Positions 35,242 through 44,751 of a stretch of DNA of 64,000 nt are shown one piece after another; positions within the stretch are counted from its first letter, which is position 1, and the number at the start of each line of letters is the position of its first letter. The notes under the pieces were generated by a model. It searched no databases, was not told the DNA's origin, and saw only the letters and a program-made list of their open reading frames with translations. Both the position numbers and the translations under genes were made by a program. The stretch is from Thermoplasmata archaeon (GTDB lineage Archaea > Thermoplasmatota > Thermoplasmata > Lutacidiplasmatales > UBA184): assembly GCA_030041175.1 (NCBI GenBank), contig JASHOK010000006.1, positions 7,710 through 71,709 on the forward strand. The letters are read 5' to 3'.

Positions 35242-36615
35242 TCACACGTCGACGTGGGTACGGATCTGCCCCCGACGAATCGCTCGCAAGAACTGTGCAT
35301 AGTCGTGCTCTACCTGATCGGCGTACGCCTCGGCAAAGGCCGTCACAGCCAAATCGAAGACCGGTCGATTCCCGAGGTACCCCGCGAGGAAGGCAGGGTC
35401 CCCGGTCCGGGCATGGGCTCGGGCGAGCGTGGCTCCGCACAGTTCGGCCCAGCCGAGCAAGGTTCGGGGCCGGAGCGTGGTCACGTCGGTGGAGAACTTC
35501 ATGTCTCGCAGCTGCCGGATGTAGAAGTCGCGGGATTGGAGGCGACTCCAGCCGAGGAAGATGTCGCTGGACTCCTGGATCAGGTGTTGCCCCACCACGA
35601 CCCGCTGCGCGTGATTCTCGTACGCGCTCGGCCCCGCGAACGGCTCGAGCACCGAGGCCCGGGCCTCCTTGAGCTGCAGAAAGACGGGGTCCTCGACATC
35701 GCGGTCGCCCAGCAGCAGGAGGACCGCACAGACCGTCCCGACGCTGCCGACCCCGACTACTTTCTGGGCCACGTCGGCGATATGATACCGGTCCAGGAGG
35801 ACGCGGCGTTCGGGCGGCAAAGAGTCCAGGTAACGATCATAGAAGGTCCGCGACTGTCGCTCGTCGGCAGGATTCGCGTAGTGTACGATGAGCGGGGGGT
35901 CATCCCGGATCCGGTAGCGTCCATGGACCTCTCGCACAAGCTTGGGGAAGGCGTGAAGCACGGTCCGGCGCCGGGCGCGACGCACGGCCTGCTCAATGAC
36001 GGCCGTCTCGGCACGGCCGGCATGCGCCGCCACGATCCGGCGATCAATGTGGGCATACCACGTATCGAGATACCGCGCGCGCCCGAACGCGCGCATTGCG
36101 CCCCGGTACACTCGAAGGGCGGTCCGGGTCACCCACCGCGCATTCTCTGGAGATACCCCGTTGTGTCGTGCCGCGAGGACCAGACTCGTCGCGAGTCGCT
36201 TCACGTCCCACTCCCACGGACCCGGGAGCGTCTCATCAAAGTCGTTCACGTCGAAGACGCGGTCACGCTCGGGGGTTGCGAAGACCCCGAAGTTGTTCAT
36301 GTGCGCATCGCCACAGAGCTGGACCCGGGCGCCGGTCGTCGGGGTGCCGGACAGGTCGTGAGCCATCAGATCGGCCGAGCCCCGGTAGAAGGCAAACGGC
36401 GAGAGAGACATGCGGCCAAACCAGATCGGAACCAGGGCCGGCACCCGCCCCTTCGCGGATTCGTTCAAAATCTCGAGCACGTCCCTGTGATCGGCCGCCG
36501 GGGCCCAGGCCGCATGGCTGGATCGCGGAGCCTGCTGACGAGCCTCCTTGCCAGCCACCGTCCGCCGCCGGCGCGTCTCCGAGCGGCCGGATGGCGGCCG
36601 GATCGAGAGGGCCAT
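35242..36615 (-). CDS. DUF2252-family protein
   Basis: FAFYRGSADLMAHDL, LCGDAHMNNFG, FDVNDFDET and WDVKRLATSL match my recollection of DUF2252. Confidence 0.75.
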   Translation of the reverse strand: MALSIRPPSGRSETRRRRTVAGKEARQQAPRSSHAAWAPAADHRDVLEILNESAKGRVPALVPIWFGRMSLSPFAFYRGSADLMAHDLSGTPTTGARVQLCGDAHMNNFGVFATPERDRVFDVNDFDETLPGPWEWDVKRLATSLVLAARHNGVSPENARWVTRTALRVYRGAMRAFGRARYLDTWYAHIDRRIVAAHAGRAETAVIEQAVRRARRRTVLHAFPKLVREVHGRYRIRDDPPLIVHYANPADERQSRTFYDRYLDSLPPERRVLLDRYHIADVAQKVVGVGSVGTVCAVLLLLGDRDVEDPVFLQLKEARASVLEPFAGPSAYENHAQRVVVGQHLIQESSDIFLGWSRLQSRDFYIRQLRDMKFSTDVTTLRPRTLLGWAELCGATLARAHARTGDPAFLAGYLGNRPVFDLAVTAFAEAYADQVEHDYAQFLRAIRRGQIRTHVDV

Positions 36616-36681
36616 CGCCGAGTTCCTCCGAGTGCGAAGCTCAGGGCAAGTTACGGAGCCACATGCGCGACCATTCCCGCA

Positions 36682-37188
36682 TCAGTGCCCGGAAGCCGGG
36701 GGCACCTCTGCGGCGGCCCCGGAGGCCGGCGGGCCGGCCGCCTTGATTCCGAACGTCGGGGGCGTTCGGAAGGCGATCATCAGGCGATTCCAGGCGTTGA
36801 TCTCCACGACTGCGATCGAGAGGTCGACGATCTCTCGCTCCGAGAATTGCGCCTTCACGCGGTCCCAGACGGCGTCGGGCACGTGCCGCCGACCGATTCG
36901 GGTCAGGCTCTCCGTCCAGGCTAGAGCGGCTCGTTCCTTTTCCGAAAACGCGGGCGACTCTTCCCAGCCTCCCAGCGTATCGAGCTGGGCCTCGGCGAGC
37001 CCCAAACGTCGCGCTCGACGGGAGTGGAGATCGAGGCAGTATGCGCAGCCGTTGATCTGAGAGGCGCGAAGGAAGACCAGTTCGAGGAGGGCGGGCGGCA
37101 GCGAACCACTGCGTACGAATCGCATGAGTTCGGTGAGCCCCTTGGTCGAATCCGGTGCGATCCGGTCGTACTCGATGCGGGCGGGCAT
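36682..37188 (-). CDS. carboxymuconolactone decarboxylase / AhpD-like family protein
   Basis: RASQINGCAYCLDLH (CxxC) in an AhpD-type helical domain. Confidence 0.8.
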   Translation of the reverse strand: MPARIEYDRIAPDSTKGLTELMRFVRSGSLPPALLELVFLRASQINGCAYCLDLHSRRARRLGLAEAQLDTLGGWEESPAFSEKERAALAWTESLTRIGRRHVPDAVWDRVKAQFSEREIVDLSIAVVEINAWNRLMIAFRTPPTFGIKAAGPPASGAAAEVPPASGH

Positions 37189-37267
37189 ATCGTGCCAGCC
37201 GGACGTTGGGATCGGTATTTAGGGTTATGAGAATCCGTCCTCGGGCTCCACCAGAGTTGGCAGAAGT

Positions 37268-37684
37268 TTACGGCCCGAACAGGTGCAGCACACCGTCCGT
37301 CACCCGGACCTCGAAATGTGGCACCCCGGAGCTCGCGGGCCCTCGCAGAACAGCCCCGGTCGTCAACTCGAACTGGCTCCCGTGCCAGGGACAAGTAACG
37401 ACCGTACCGGTCACCGGCCCCCGCTCCAGAGGACCGCCCCGGTGCGGACACCGAGCCCCGATGGCGAGGAAGGTCCCTCCGACATTGAAGACGGCGACCG
37501 GCACGCCCTGAAAGTCGACGCGGATCGCTGCTCCGGGACCCGGAAGCATGACTCCGGGAAAGGTCACATCCGTCACGATCAGGACCCCCGTTCCGTCAAC
37601 GGTCGCTCGCCCGTGCGCACGATCGTCCTCAGCGAAGGGCGAGCCCCCACATGAGTACTTCTGCCGCGCGGATGACCGACGCAC
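37268..37684 (-). CDS. Rieske [2Fe-2S] domain protein (start uncertain; ATG 37549 possible)
   Basis: CPHRGGPL...CPWHGSQF Rieske ligand motifs. Confidence 0.8.
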   Translation of the reverse strand: MRRSSARQKYSCGGSPFAEDDRAHGRATVDGTGVLIVTDVTFPGVMLPGPGAAIRVDFQGVPVAVFNVGGTFLAIGARCPHRGGPLERGPVTGTVVTCPWHGSQFELTTGAVLRGPASSGVPHFEVRVTDGVLHLFGP

Positions 37685-37716
37685 CGCCGTCGGGCGTAGC
37701 GATTCCGCGGTGTTCC

Positions 37717-38358
37717 CTAACTGAAAATCAACGTCAGCACCCCGGTAAACGGTGTGGCCGGAGTCTCGACATTGAAGGAGAGAAGCGGACTCGCGTTCGC
37801 CGGTACGGTGAGTGGGGTATTCGCTCCGCTTACCGTGAACCCCGCCGTATCGGCAACGACCGACATTATGTTACAGGCCAGCGTACCTGTTCCAGCGCTG
37901 TTGTTCGCCCCCGAGATCGCGTAGGTCAGCGAGACGGACTGGTTCGTGCTGGCGTTAAAGCCCTCCGCCGTCGCCCCGTTCAGGCCGCAGACGTTGTCCG
38001 AGGAGTCGATGTTGATTCCCGTAACGACCACGTTGTAAGTCTGGGCCGGGGGGGCCGTCAGGATGGCAATGGCCCCGACTACAATGATCACGACCACGAA
38101 TCCGACGAGGATCCAGAGCAGGAGATGTCGCCGCGGCGGGGGCGGTGGCGGCGGTGCGGGGTACGGGCCCTGTCCATACCCTGGCGCAGCGTAGCCGGGC
38201 GGAGCCCAGCCGGCCGCCCCCGGGGGAGGTGGCACGACCGGTGCAGCGGAGGGCAACGGCGCAGAGGGCGCCGGAGGGAGTGGATTGCCACAGTACTGGC
38301 AGAACGCAGCGGACGGAGGGTTAGCGCCGCCGCATTGCGGACATGTTCGCGCGGCCAC
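37717..38358 (-). CDS. zinc-ribbon membrane protein with extracytoplasmic beta-rich domain
   Basis: CPQCG...CQYCG zinc ribbon, a proline-rich linker, one TM helix (LLLWILVGFVVVIIVVGAIAIL), then an S/T/N-rich domain. Confidence 0.6.
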   Translation of the reverse strand: MAARTCPQCGGANPPSAAFCQYCGNPLPPAPSAPLPSAAPVVPPPPGAAGWAPPGYAAPGYGQGPYPAPPPPPPPRRHLLLWILVGFVVVIIVVGAIAILTAPPAQTYNVVVTGINIDSSDNVCGLNGATAEGFNASTNQSVSLTYAISGANNSAGTGTLACNIMSVVADTAGFTVSGANTPLTVPANASPLLSFNVETPATPFTGVLTLIFS

Positions 38359-38385
38359 GGAAGCTGTCGAGGGTACGTGCCCTAC

Positions 38386-38805
38386 TTATGGCCTAGGGGG
38401 CGCCGTAGTCACCGGGAATCCGGGGCTCGAGAGCGTTGTCTGCAGGCGCTCGAAGTCGCGAGCCAGAATCCCGAGGAAGCGTTTCCCGTCCAGGCGGATC
38501 GCGAGCTGTCCGTCCTGGAAAACGAGGACTGAGGGGGTGATCCGGATCCGGAAGGAATCCCAGAGCGGACTGTTGAGGTCCGTGATGTCGGCAATCGCGA
38601 GGCGGCTTCCCTCCGGCACCCGGCAGCGGAGAAATCGGGGCATGAACCTGCGGGTGACGGGACACCACTCCGCGGCGAAGCACACTACATAGAGTCCGGG
38701 TCGATGCAGCGAGGTGGCTGAAAAGTCCGAGGTACCCAAGACTTCGAGTCCGCTCTCCGCCCACGCCGCGCGAGCCGTGGGCCCGCCGGGCTGCGCCGCA
38801 CCCAT
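38386..38805 (-). CDS. thioredoxin-fold protein (monothiol WCPVT motif)
   Basis: LYVVCFAAEWCPVTRRF sits at the position of the Trx WCxxC motif. The second Cys is replaced by Thr. Confidence 0.55.
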   Translation of the reverse strand: MGAAQPGGPTARAAWAESGLEVLGTSDFSATSLHRPGLYVVCFAAEWCPVTRRFMPRFLRCRVPEGSRLAIADITDLNSPLWDSFRIRITPSVLVFQDGQLAIRLDGKRFLGILARDFERLQTTLSSPGFPVTTAPPRP

Positions 38806-38868
38806 GGGGGGGACAAAGGAATCGGGAAGTATTGAGCGCTGACGGGCCGGATCGGACGACCGTCTGCC

Positions 38869-40410
38869 CTAGTCTCCACGATAGGCCCGCTCGAGAAAGT
38901 CGGACACCCCGAACCGATGACCAGTGACTTCCTCAACCCGTGGCACCCAGTCGAAGCGCGCGCCATGCCGGAACCACTCTTGGCGCAACCACGGGATCAC
39001 CCGGCGGTTCGGCCAGAGGGGCCCACCGACCTGTTCGCCCAGCGCCCGCCTCAGTTGGGCGGCGAGCAGACTTCCCAGCAGGTAACTCTTGGAATAGAAG
39101 GCCGCCTCGATCCAAAACGGATCGGCGACTGGACCGTTGGGAACGTCTGCAAAGCCAAACAGCCGGCGGTCGGCCCGACGGAAGAGAGGCGCGAGATCGC
39201 CCGTCGGGTGGGAGTAGAGCTGAATCTCCTTCCACACCCACTGCGCGGTGCCCGCGCCTTGTCGGAGCTCCTCCAGCGAGAAACTCTCGTGAAACCGGTC
39301 GACGAGCTGCGGATCGACTTGGGGGCGCGAGGGCAGCCAGCGCGAGTCGGTTGCCAGGCGCTCGAAGAGCCGGCCGATGCCCTCGCAGAAACCGGCATAC
39401 CCCGGGATACTCTCCGGCCCCCGGAGGAGATGCGTCGGAGCGCGGGTGTATCGGTCCTGTACTGCGTGGCCGAATTCGTGAGCCAGGATCATGTAGTGGA
39501 GCCAGCCACCCTTCGGATTGACCGCCACGCGGACGTCGTTCGGGATCTGTACTGCAAGCGTCATTCCACCGACTGGGATTGACCGCTGGACTATCCGGAA
39601 CGGTCGAGCGGGGCCCTGGAAGCCCCAGGCCCGGATGGCCCGAAGGATAGCGGGCACCATCTCGCGACCGGAGAAAGCCGCCTCGGGGAGGGGATTCCGG
39701 CCCAGGGTCGCCTTCGCGGAATCCCATGGATAGTAGTCCGAACTTCCGGTCCGGTCTTCGAACTGATCCCGGAACTGGCGGTGCACCGGTTCCGAGGCAC
39801 GAACGACCCGATCTACGAACCGCTCCAGCGCCGGGAGCGTGAGCCCTTCGGCCCGAAGGCGAAAGTCCATGAACGAGTCGTAGCCGAGCACCCGGGCACG
39901 TTGGTTCCTCGCTTCGACCAGGCGTCGCACGTTCCGTTCCACCTGTCGCCAGATCTCGAGCAGGGACTCGTACGCCTGGCGGCGCACCTCCCGGTCGTCA
40001 TGGGTTCGGAGCCGTTCCCGGACTTCCGACTCGGGGACGCGGCGGCCGAGCCACTTCGGGCGAAAGGCGAAGACCTGTCGCACCAGCGGAGCCCGGAGCC
40101 GGATGACCGACGGGTGCTGCTCCACCAGCGCGTCCTCGACGATGCGTTTCCACAGTTCTAGCCGACGGGTCAGTAGTCCGGCGTGAGGTCGCTCCAGCGA
40201 GCGGGTCACGAACCGAAGCAGATCCTCTCGGCCGATCATTCGAGTCCGCAGAACGTCCCATCGCCGGGTCCCTGCGTTCGATACACCCGCGTACTGGTTC
40301 CACCAGGCCACGAAGAGCGAGTGGTCGAGGTCGCCCAGCCGGCGCTCGATCCGATTGAGGTAGCTGCGAAGGTCGGCTTCCGAGTTGCTAGGGGAAGGGG
40401 GTAACTCCAC
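38869..40410 (-). CDS. M3-family oligoendopeptidase-like zinc metallopeptidase
   Basis: HEFGHAV zinc motif in a large helical protein of 513 aa. The layout resembles PepF-type enzymes. Confidence 0.7.
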   Translation of the reverse strand: MELPPSPSNSEADLRSYLNRIERRLGDLDHSLFVAWWNQYAGVSNAGTRRWDVLRTRMIGREDLLRFVTRSLERPHAGLLTRRLELWKRIVEDALVEQHPSVIRLRAPLVRQVFAFRPKWLGRRVPESEVRERLRTHDDREVRRQAYESLLEIWRQVERNVRRLVEARNQRARVLGYDSFMDFRLRAEGLTLPALERFVDRVVRASEPVHRQFRDQFEDRTGSSDYYPWDSAKATLGRNPLPEAAFSGREMVPAILRAIRAWGFQGPARPFRIVQRSIPVGGMTLAVQIPNDVRVAVNPKGGWLHYMILAHEFGHAVQDRYTRAPTHLLRGPESIPGYAGFCEGIGRLFERLATDSRWLPSRPQVDPQLVDRFHESFSLEELRQGAGTAQWVWKEIQLYSHPTGDLAPLFRRADRRLFGFADVPNGPVADPFWIEAAFYSKSYLLGSLLAAQLRRALGEQVGGPLWPNRRVIPWLRQEWFRHGARFDWVPRVEEVTGHRFGVSDFLERAYRGD

Positions 40411-40529
40411 GCGAGGTCCCGTCTCCGAATGCCGTCGACTCCTTAGACATTCGCGACCCGGCTCCGGCGGACCTAGAAACCAGAAGTAGGCAGGCGGGGT
40501 GATCGCCGCCGGGATTTCCTACGCCCGCG

Positions 40530-40910
40530 CTGGGTGACCGCCGAACGATCCTCCATACCTTCACGATCGATGAGGTCCGGACGTATGCCGAGATCTCCGG
40601 CGATCGTGGCGCGCAGCACCAGGTCCCGGACGCCGAAGGGCGTTTGATGGTCCATGGGCTACTACTCGGAACGCTGCCGACCGTCGTGGGGGGCTCCTTC
40701 AACTTCCTCGCCCGGGAGATGACCTTCGAGTTCCTGCGTCCCGTCTGGACGGGCCAAGCTGTGCGCTGCGAGGTCGAGCTGACGCGCTGGGACGAATCCG
40801 ACGATCGGGTCCGAGTTTCGGCCGAGTGGACCTGCCACACCGCGGACGACGTCACCGTTATGCGAGGCCGTGCCTCGGGCATCGTTCGACACAAGTCGCG
40901 GCGGAGTTGA
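40530..40910 (+). CDS. MaoC-like (hotdog-fold) dehydratase; start codon unresolved
   Basis: In-frame translation from the stop at 40500..40502 gives ...LHTFTIDEVRTYAEISGDRGAQHQVPDAEGRLMVHGLLLGTL..., the MaoC pattern. The first canonical start (TTG 40644) would delete the conserved N-terminal half. CTG 40530 is only a placeholder. Confidence 0.5.
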   Translation: MGDRRTILHTFTIDEVRTYAEISGDRGAQHQVPDAEGRLMVHGLLLGTLPTVVGGSFNFLAREMTFEFLRPVWTGQAVRCEVELTRWDESDDRVRVSAEWTCHTADDVTVMRGRASGIVRHKSRRS

Positions 40911-40998
40911 GGCAAACCGTGTGCGTAGTACGCAGCCAGAGGTCCGTGGACAGTTCAGTGAGGGAACACCGTCGGAAGGGCCAGCTCGGGGTCCGGCC

Positions 40999-42981
40999 AT
41001 GACGTCCGCGAACGCCCGCCCGCTGGCGCCGCCACGGTTTTCACCGGCGCATATGGATCGGTCGGTTCTACCCTCGGACGACTTCTACCGGTACGCCACC
41101 GGCACGTGGGTCGATCGGAATCCAGTTCCCGCGGACAAGTCCCGGTGGAGCGCCTTCGATGCGCTCACAGACTACAACTACGAGAGAATTCGTCGGCTGC
41201 TGGACCGTGTGACTCCCGCCCGACGGGGGCGCTCCGCCGTCGAGCGCGAAGTCGGAGATTACTATGCGTCAGCAATGGATCAGCAGACGCGGAACCGCCT
41301 CCGAGCCAGACCGCTGGCAGAGGAGCTAGCGCGGGTCGACGCGATTCACGACCCGGATTCGCTGGCCGCAGCGGTTGGCGTCCTGCATGACCGAGACATT
41401 GCCGCATTCTTCGAGCCGCGCGTCGACCCGGACCGGAAGGACAGCCGGCACTACGCCTTCTATGTCTGGCAAGGGGGCCTTTCGCTACCCGACCGAGAGT
41501 ACTATCTCGCTCCGGCGTTCGCACGGCAGCGCGAGGAATTCCCGAAGCACGTCGTCCGGCTGCTCGGACTCGCCGGGCAGTCCGGAGCCCCCGCTCGGCG
41601 CACGGCCCAGGGGCTTGTGAAGCTAGAAACGGAGCTCGCTCGTGCGAGTCGTACCCGGACGGAGCTTCGGGACGAGCCCCGGAACTATCACCGAATGAAC
41701 CGGTCCGAACTCCGATCGCTGGCGCCCGCGTTTGCGTGGGATGCGTACTTCCGCGCGCGCCGCGGCTCTCGAATCAAGCGGGTCATCGTGGGTCAGCCCG
41801 AGTTCGTCCGTGCGTTCGGTCGCCTCCTCCGTCGCCACTCGCTCGACGAACTCAAGGCCTACCTTCGCTGGCAGCTCATCCGGGCAAGTGCCCCCTTCCT
41901 GGACGAGCGAATGGAGGAAGAGCACTTCCGATTCTACCTCAAGGGGCTCCGGGGGCAACAGGAGCAGGAACCCCGCTGGAAGCGGGCTGCACAGTCGGCC
42001 GATGCGTGCATCGGGGATGCGCTCGGCCGGCTCTTCGTAGACGCATACTTCCCGGAGTCGTCCAAGATTCGCATGCAGCGACTGGTCGACGACGTCCGGT
42101 CCGTGTTCCGAGACCGTCTGCGCGTCCTGGAGTGGATGACCCCCGCCACGCGGCGGGAGGCCCAGCGGAAGTTCCAGCGGTTCCGGGTAAAGATCGGCTA
42201 TCCGCGACGGTTCCGGGATGACTCGGGCCTTAGGATCCGTCGGAATGACTACCTGGGGAACTTCCGCCGGGCGACCGAATACGAGGCCCGTCGACAGATG
42301 GCCCGGGTTGGCCACAAGGTCGACACGAATGACTGGCTGATGACCCCGCCGATGGTCAACGCGTATTTCTCGCCCAGCCGGAACGAGATCGTGTTTCCGG
42401 CCGGCATTCTGCAGCCGCCCTTCTTCGACCCCGACATCGACGACGCGGTGAACTACGGAGGGATCGGTCTCGTGATCGGCCATGAGATCACCCATGGCTA
42501 CGATGACCAGGGCCGGCAATTCGACAAAAACGGAAACCTGCGCGACTGGTGGACGCCGCGAGACGCCCGGGAGTTCAAGCGGCGAGCCCAGCAGGTGATC
42601 GCGCAGTACGACCAGTTTGAGGTACTGCCCGGCGTACATGTGAACGGCGCGCTCACCGCGGGGGAAAATATCGCGGACCTCGGGGGGCTCCGGGTCGCGT
42701 TCGATGCCCTCGAGCGTCGGATCCGGCGCGAGAAGCAGCGGCCGCCGCTCATTGACGGATTGACGCCCGAACAGCGGTTCTTCGTCTCCTATGGGCAGAT
42801 TTGGCGGCAGAACACCCGGCCCGCGGACGCAAAGCTGTTGGCGACCGTCGACCCGCACTCGCCAGCCCGCTTCCGGGTCAAGGGAGCGGTCCAGAACTCG
42901 GACGACTTTTATGCCGCGTTCCGGATCAACGCTGGGTCGCGCATGTGGCGTGCGCCCGGCGCTCGCGTGAAGATCTGGTAG
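40999..42981 (+). CDS. M13-family metallopeptidase (neprilysin/PepO-like)
   Basis: DDFYRYATGTW, NAYFSPSRNEIVFPAGILQPPFF, GHEITHGYDD, GENIADLGG and a C-terminal W. Start at MTSANA (ATG 40999). Confidence 0.9.
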   Translation: MTSANARPLAPPRFSPAHMDRSVLPSDDFYRYATGTWVDRNPVPADKSRWSAFDALTDYNYERIRRLLDRVTPARRGRSAVEREVGDYYASAMDQQTRNRLRARPLAEELARVDAIHDPDSLAAAVGVLHDRDIAAFFEPRVDPDRKDSRHYAFYVWQGGLSLPDREYYLAPAFARQREEFPKHVVRLLGLAGQSGAPARRTAQGLVKLETELARASRTRTELRDEPRNYHRMNRSELRSLAPAFAWDAYFRARRGSRIKRVIVGQPEFVRAFGRLLRRHSLDELKAYLRWQLIRASAPFLDERMEEEHFRFYLKGLRGQQEQEPRWKRAAQSADACIGDALGRLFVDAYFPESSKIRMQRLVDDVRSVFRDRLRVLEWMTPATRREAQRKFQRFRVKIGYPRRFRDDSGLRIRRNDYLGNFRRATEYEARRQMARVGHKVDTNDWLMTPPMVNAYFSPSRNEIVFPAGILQPPFFDPDIDDAVNYGGIGLVIGHEITHGYDDQGRQFDKNGNLRDWWTPRDAREFKRRAQQVIAQYDQFEVLPGVHVNGALTAGENIADLGGLRVAFDALERRIRREKQRPPLIDGLTPEQRFFVSYGQIWRQNTRPADAKLLATVDPHSPARFRVKGAVQNSDDFYAAFRINAGSRMWRAPGARVKIW

Positions 42982-43070
42982 GAGACCGGAACCCCCCGGG
43001 GCCCGAGCCGGGGGCTATCTTTATGACGAGTGGTAGGTGGTTCCACGTCGCCTCGGCAGATGGGCTCCGC

Positions 43071-43304
43071 ATGCAGAAGCTAACCCTCAAGACCTCGGTC
43101 CTGGCGCTCTGCGTCGCGTTCGGCGCCGTCTGGCTCGCGCTCACGCTCGTGGCACTGGGCCTCAGCATTATCGGAGGGGACCCGCTGTACACCGCCTATC
43201 CGGGCGGGCTCGTCCTACCTCATCTATCCTTGTTCGGGAAGATCTACCTCGTCTCGTCCATGCTCATGCCGTTCGTGGTGATTGGGGCCATCGCCTCGGC
43301 CTAG
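43071..43304 (+). CDS. small hypothetical membrane protein (alternative start 43023)
   Basis: Two clear TM helices (SVLALCVAFGAVWLALTLVALGL; IYLVSSMLMPFVVIGAIA). Confidence 0.4.
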   Translation: MQKLTLKTSVLALCVAFGAVWLALTLVALGLSIIGGDPLYTAYPGGLVLPHLSLFGKIYLVSSMLMPFVVIGAIASA

Positions 43305-43362
43305 GTGGACCGACCGAGGGCCTTCCGGCACCATCGTGGGCCCGGAGGGGAAGCCGAGCGGA

Positions 43363-44253
43363 ATGGGTTCGGAACCGGCGCCGCCCAGCATCGAGAGCCG
43401 CAAGGAGGACATTGTCGACAGCTGGGACGCCCGCGCCGAACAATGGGACGCCTGGACCCCCGTGGTCGACGCGTGGTTCGCACCGGCAACGGCACTGCTG
43501 TTGGAGCACCTCGAAGTTCGACCGGGTCACCGCGTCCTCGAACTCGCCGCGGGGTCCGGGGGATTCACGCGGCATCTGGCACATGCCGTGGGACCGGAGG
43601 GCCGCGTCCTCGCGACCGATACCGGTCCAAACATGGTGAAGCTGGCAGCCCGTAACGCGCTGGCGCAGGGTCTCACGAACGTCACCACTCGGGTTATGGA
43701 TGGCGAACATCCCGACGTGTCCTGGGCATCGATGGACGGTGTAACCTCTCGACAGGGCGTCATGTTCTTCGCCGACCCGGGCGCCGCCTTCGCCCAGCTC
43801 CTTCGCGTGCTCCGGCCGGGGGGGCGGCTCTCCGTGAGCGTGTTCACCACGTCGGCGCGCAACCCGTTCATGTCGGTGCCGGCCCGCATCCTGTCGCACT
43901 GGGCCGATCCCCACGGGACGTCGCCCAAGCTGCCGGAGGGCCCGGGTCCCTTCAGCTTGGGAAAGCCCGGCCAGCTAGCGGAGACCCTCCGCCGAGCGGG
44001 TTACGACGATGTTCGCAGCGATACCGTTGCATGCGCCTTGCGGATGCCGTCCGCGGACGACTTGCTCCGCTTCTACCACGAAATCCTCGGGGATACGGTG
44101 CGAGAGCTCCCCCCCATGCAGCAGGAACGGGCCTGGGCCGAGGTGCGGCAGGCCTGTGGGGCGTTCGTCGATCCTTCGGGGCCCGGAGCGCCCAGCGAGA
44201 TCCTTGTCGGCTCCGGCCGTCGACCGGCCGGCGGACCGTCCCGTCCGGGGTGA
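43363..44253 (+). CDS. class I SAM-dependent methyltransferase
   Basis: Motif I VLELAAGSGGFTRHLA, with LRPGGRLSVSVF downstream. Start at MGSEPAPP (ATG 43363). Confidence 0.8.
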   Translation: MGSEPAPPSIESRKEDIVDSWDARAEQWDAWTPVVDAWFAPATALLLEHLEVRPGHRVLELAAGSGGFTRHLAHAVGPEGRVLATDTGPNMVKLAARNALAQGLTNVTTRVMDGEHPDVSWASMDGVTSRQGVMFFADPGAAFAQLLRVLRPGGRLSVSVFTTSARNPFMSVPARILSHWADPHGTSPKLPEGPGPFSLGKPGQLAETLRRAGYDDVRSDTVACALRMPSADDLLRFYHEILGDTVRELPPMQQERAWAEVRQACGAFVDPSGPGAPSEILVGSGRRPAGGPSRPG

Positions 44254-44274
44254 GTCGCAGGACGAAGCCCGAGG

Positions 44275-44586
44275 CTACCGGCGCTTCGAGACCCGACGCT
44301 TTTTCCGGCCGACGGTCTCGTCGATCCGGAGATAGATGTTTTGAAGGTCGGGCTCGAGTCCGCCGGTGCAATAGATGGTACCGTTGACGTACCCGGTGAA
44401 CACGCTCGATCCGAATCGCGCGCGCCAGAGAGCAGCATCGGTCCTGAGGTCGTGGTCAATGCCGCTGCCGACCTTGGAGAGGAGGTTACGCACTTCTAGG
44501 GAGGTCGGCTTGGGCACTTCCCTCCATGTGCGGGTGGGAACCCCCCGGTAGAGGAAGCTCGAGGTGGGGCCCGGCCTTGCCGCCAT
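44275..44586 (-). CDS. hypothetical protein (103 aa) with basic C-terminal tail
   Basis: ORF only. No family recognised. Confidence 0.3.
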   Translation of the reverse strand: MAARPGPTSSFLYRGVPTRTWREVPKPTSLEVRNLLSKVGSGIDHDLRTDAALWRARFGSSVFTGYVNGTIYCTGGLEPDLQNIYLRIDETVGRKKRRVSKRR

Positions 44587-44751
44587 GGGGAGCCAGTGGG
44601 AGGGGCTTCCCCCGTATGAAACATGCGACGCGGCGCCCGGGCCCAGTGTGGGGCGACCGGAACTCGCACGCGGGTCCGTTCCTCAGGTGTTCCCCCTAGA
44701 GCCAGGAAGCGGGACCCTCCAGGCGGTATCTTTGCCGGGCTTGTGCGAACC

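Noticed and set aside
35254-36924. 556-aa plus-strand ORF
   Set aside because: It is antisense to the DUF2252 gene and to part of the AhpD-like gene. The product is R/G/P-rich.
40388-40915. 175-aa minus-strand ORF opposite the MaoC-like gene
   Set aside because: The plus frame encodes a recognisable hotdog-fold sequence. The minus product is S/R/T/P-rich with no motifs.
41623-42858. 411-aa minus-strand ORF
   Set aside because: It is antisense to the M13 peptidase, whose HExxH and NAYY-type motifs are on the plus strand.
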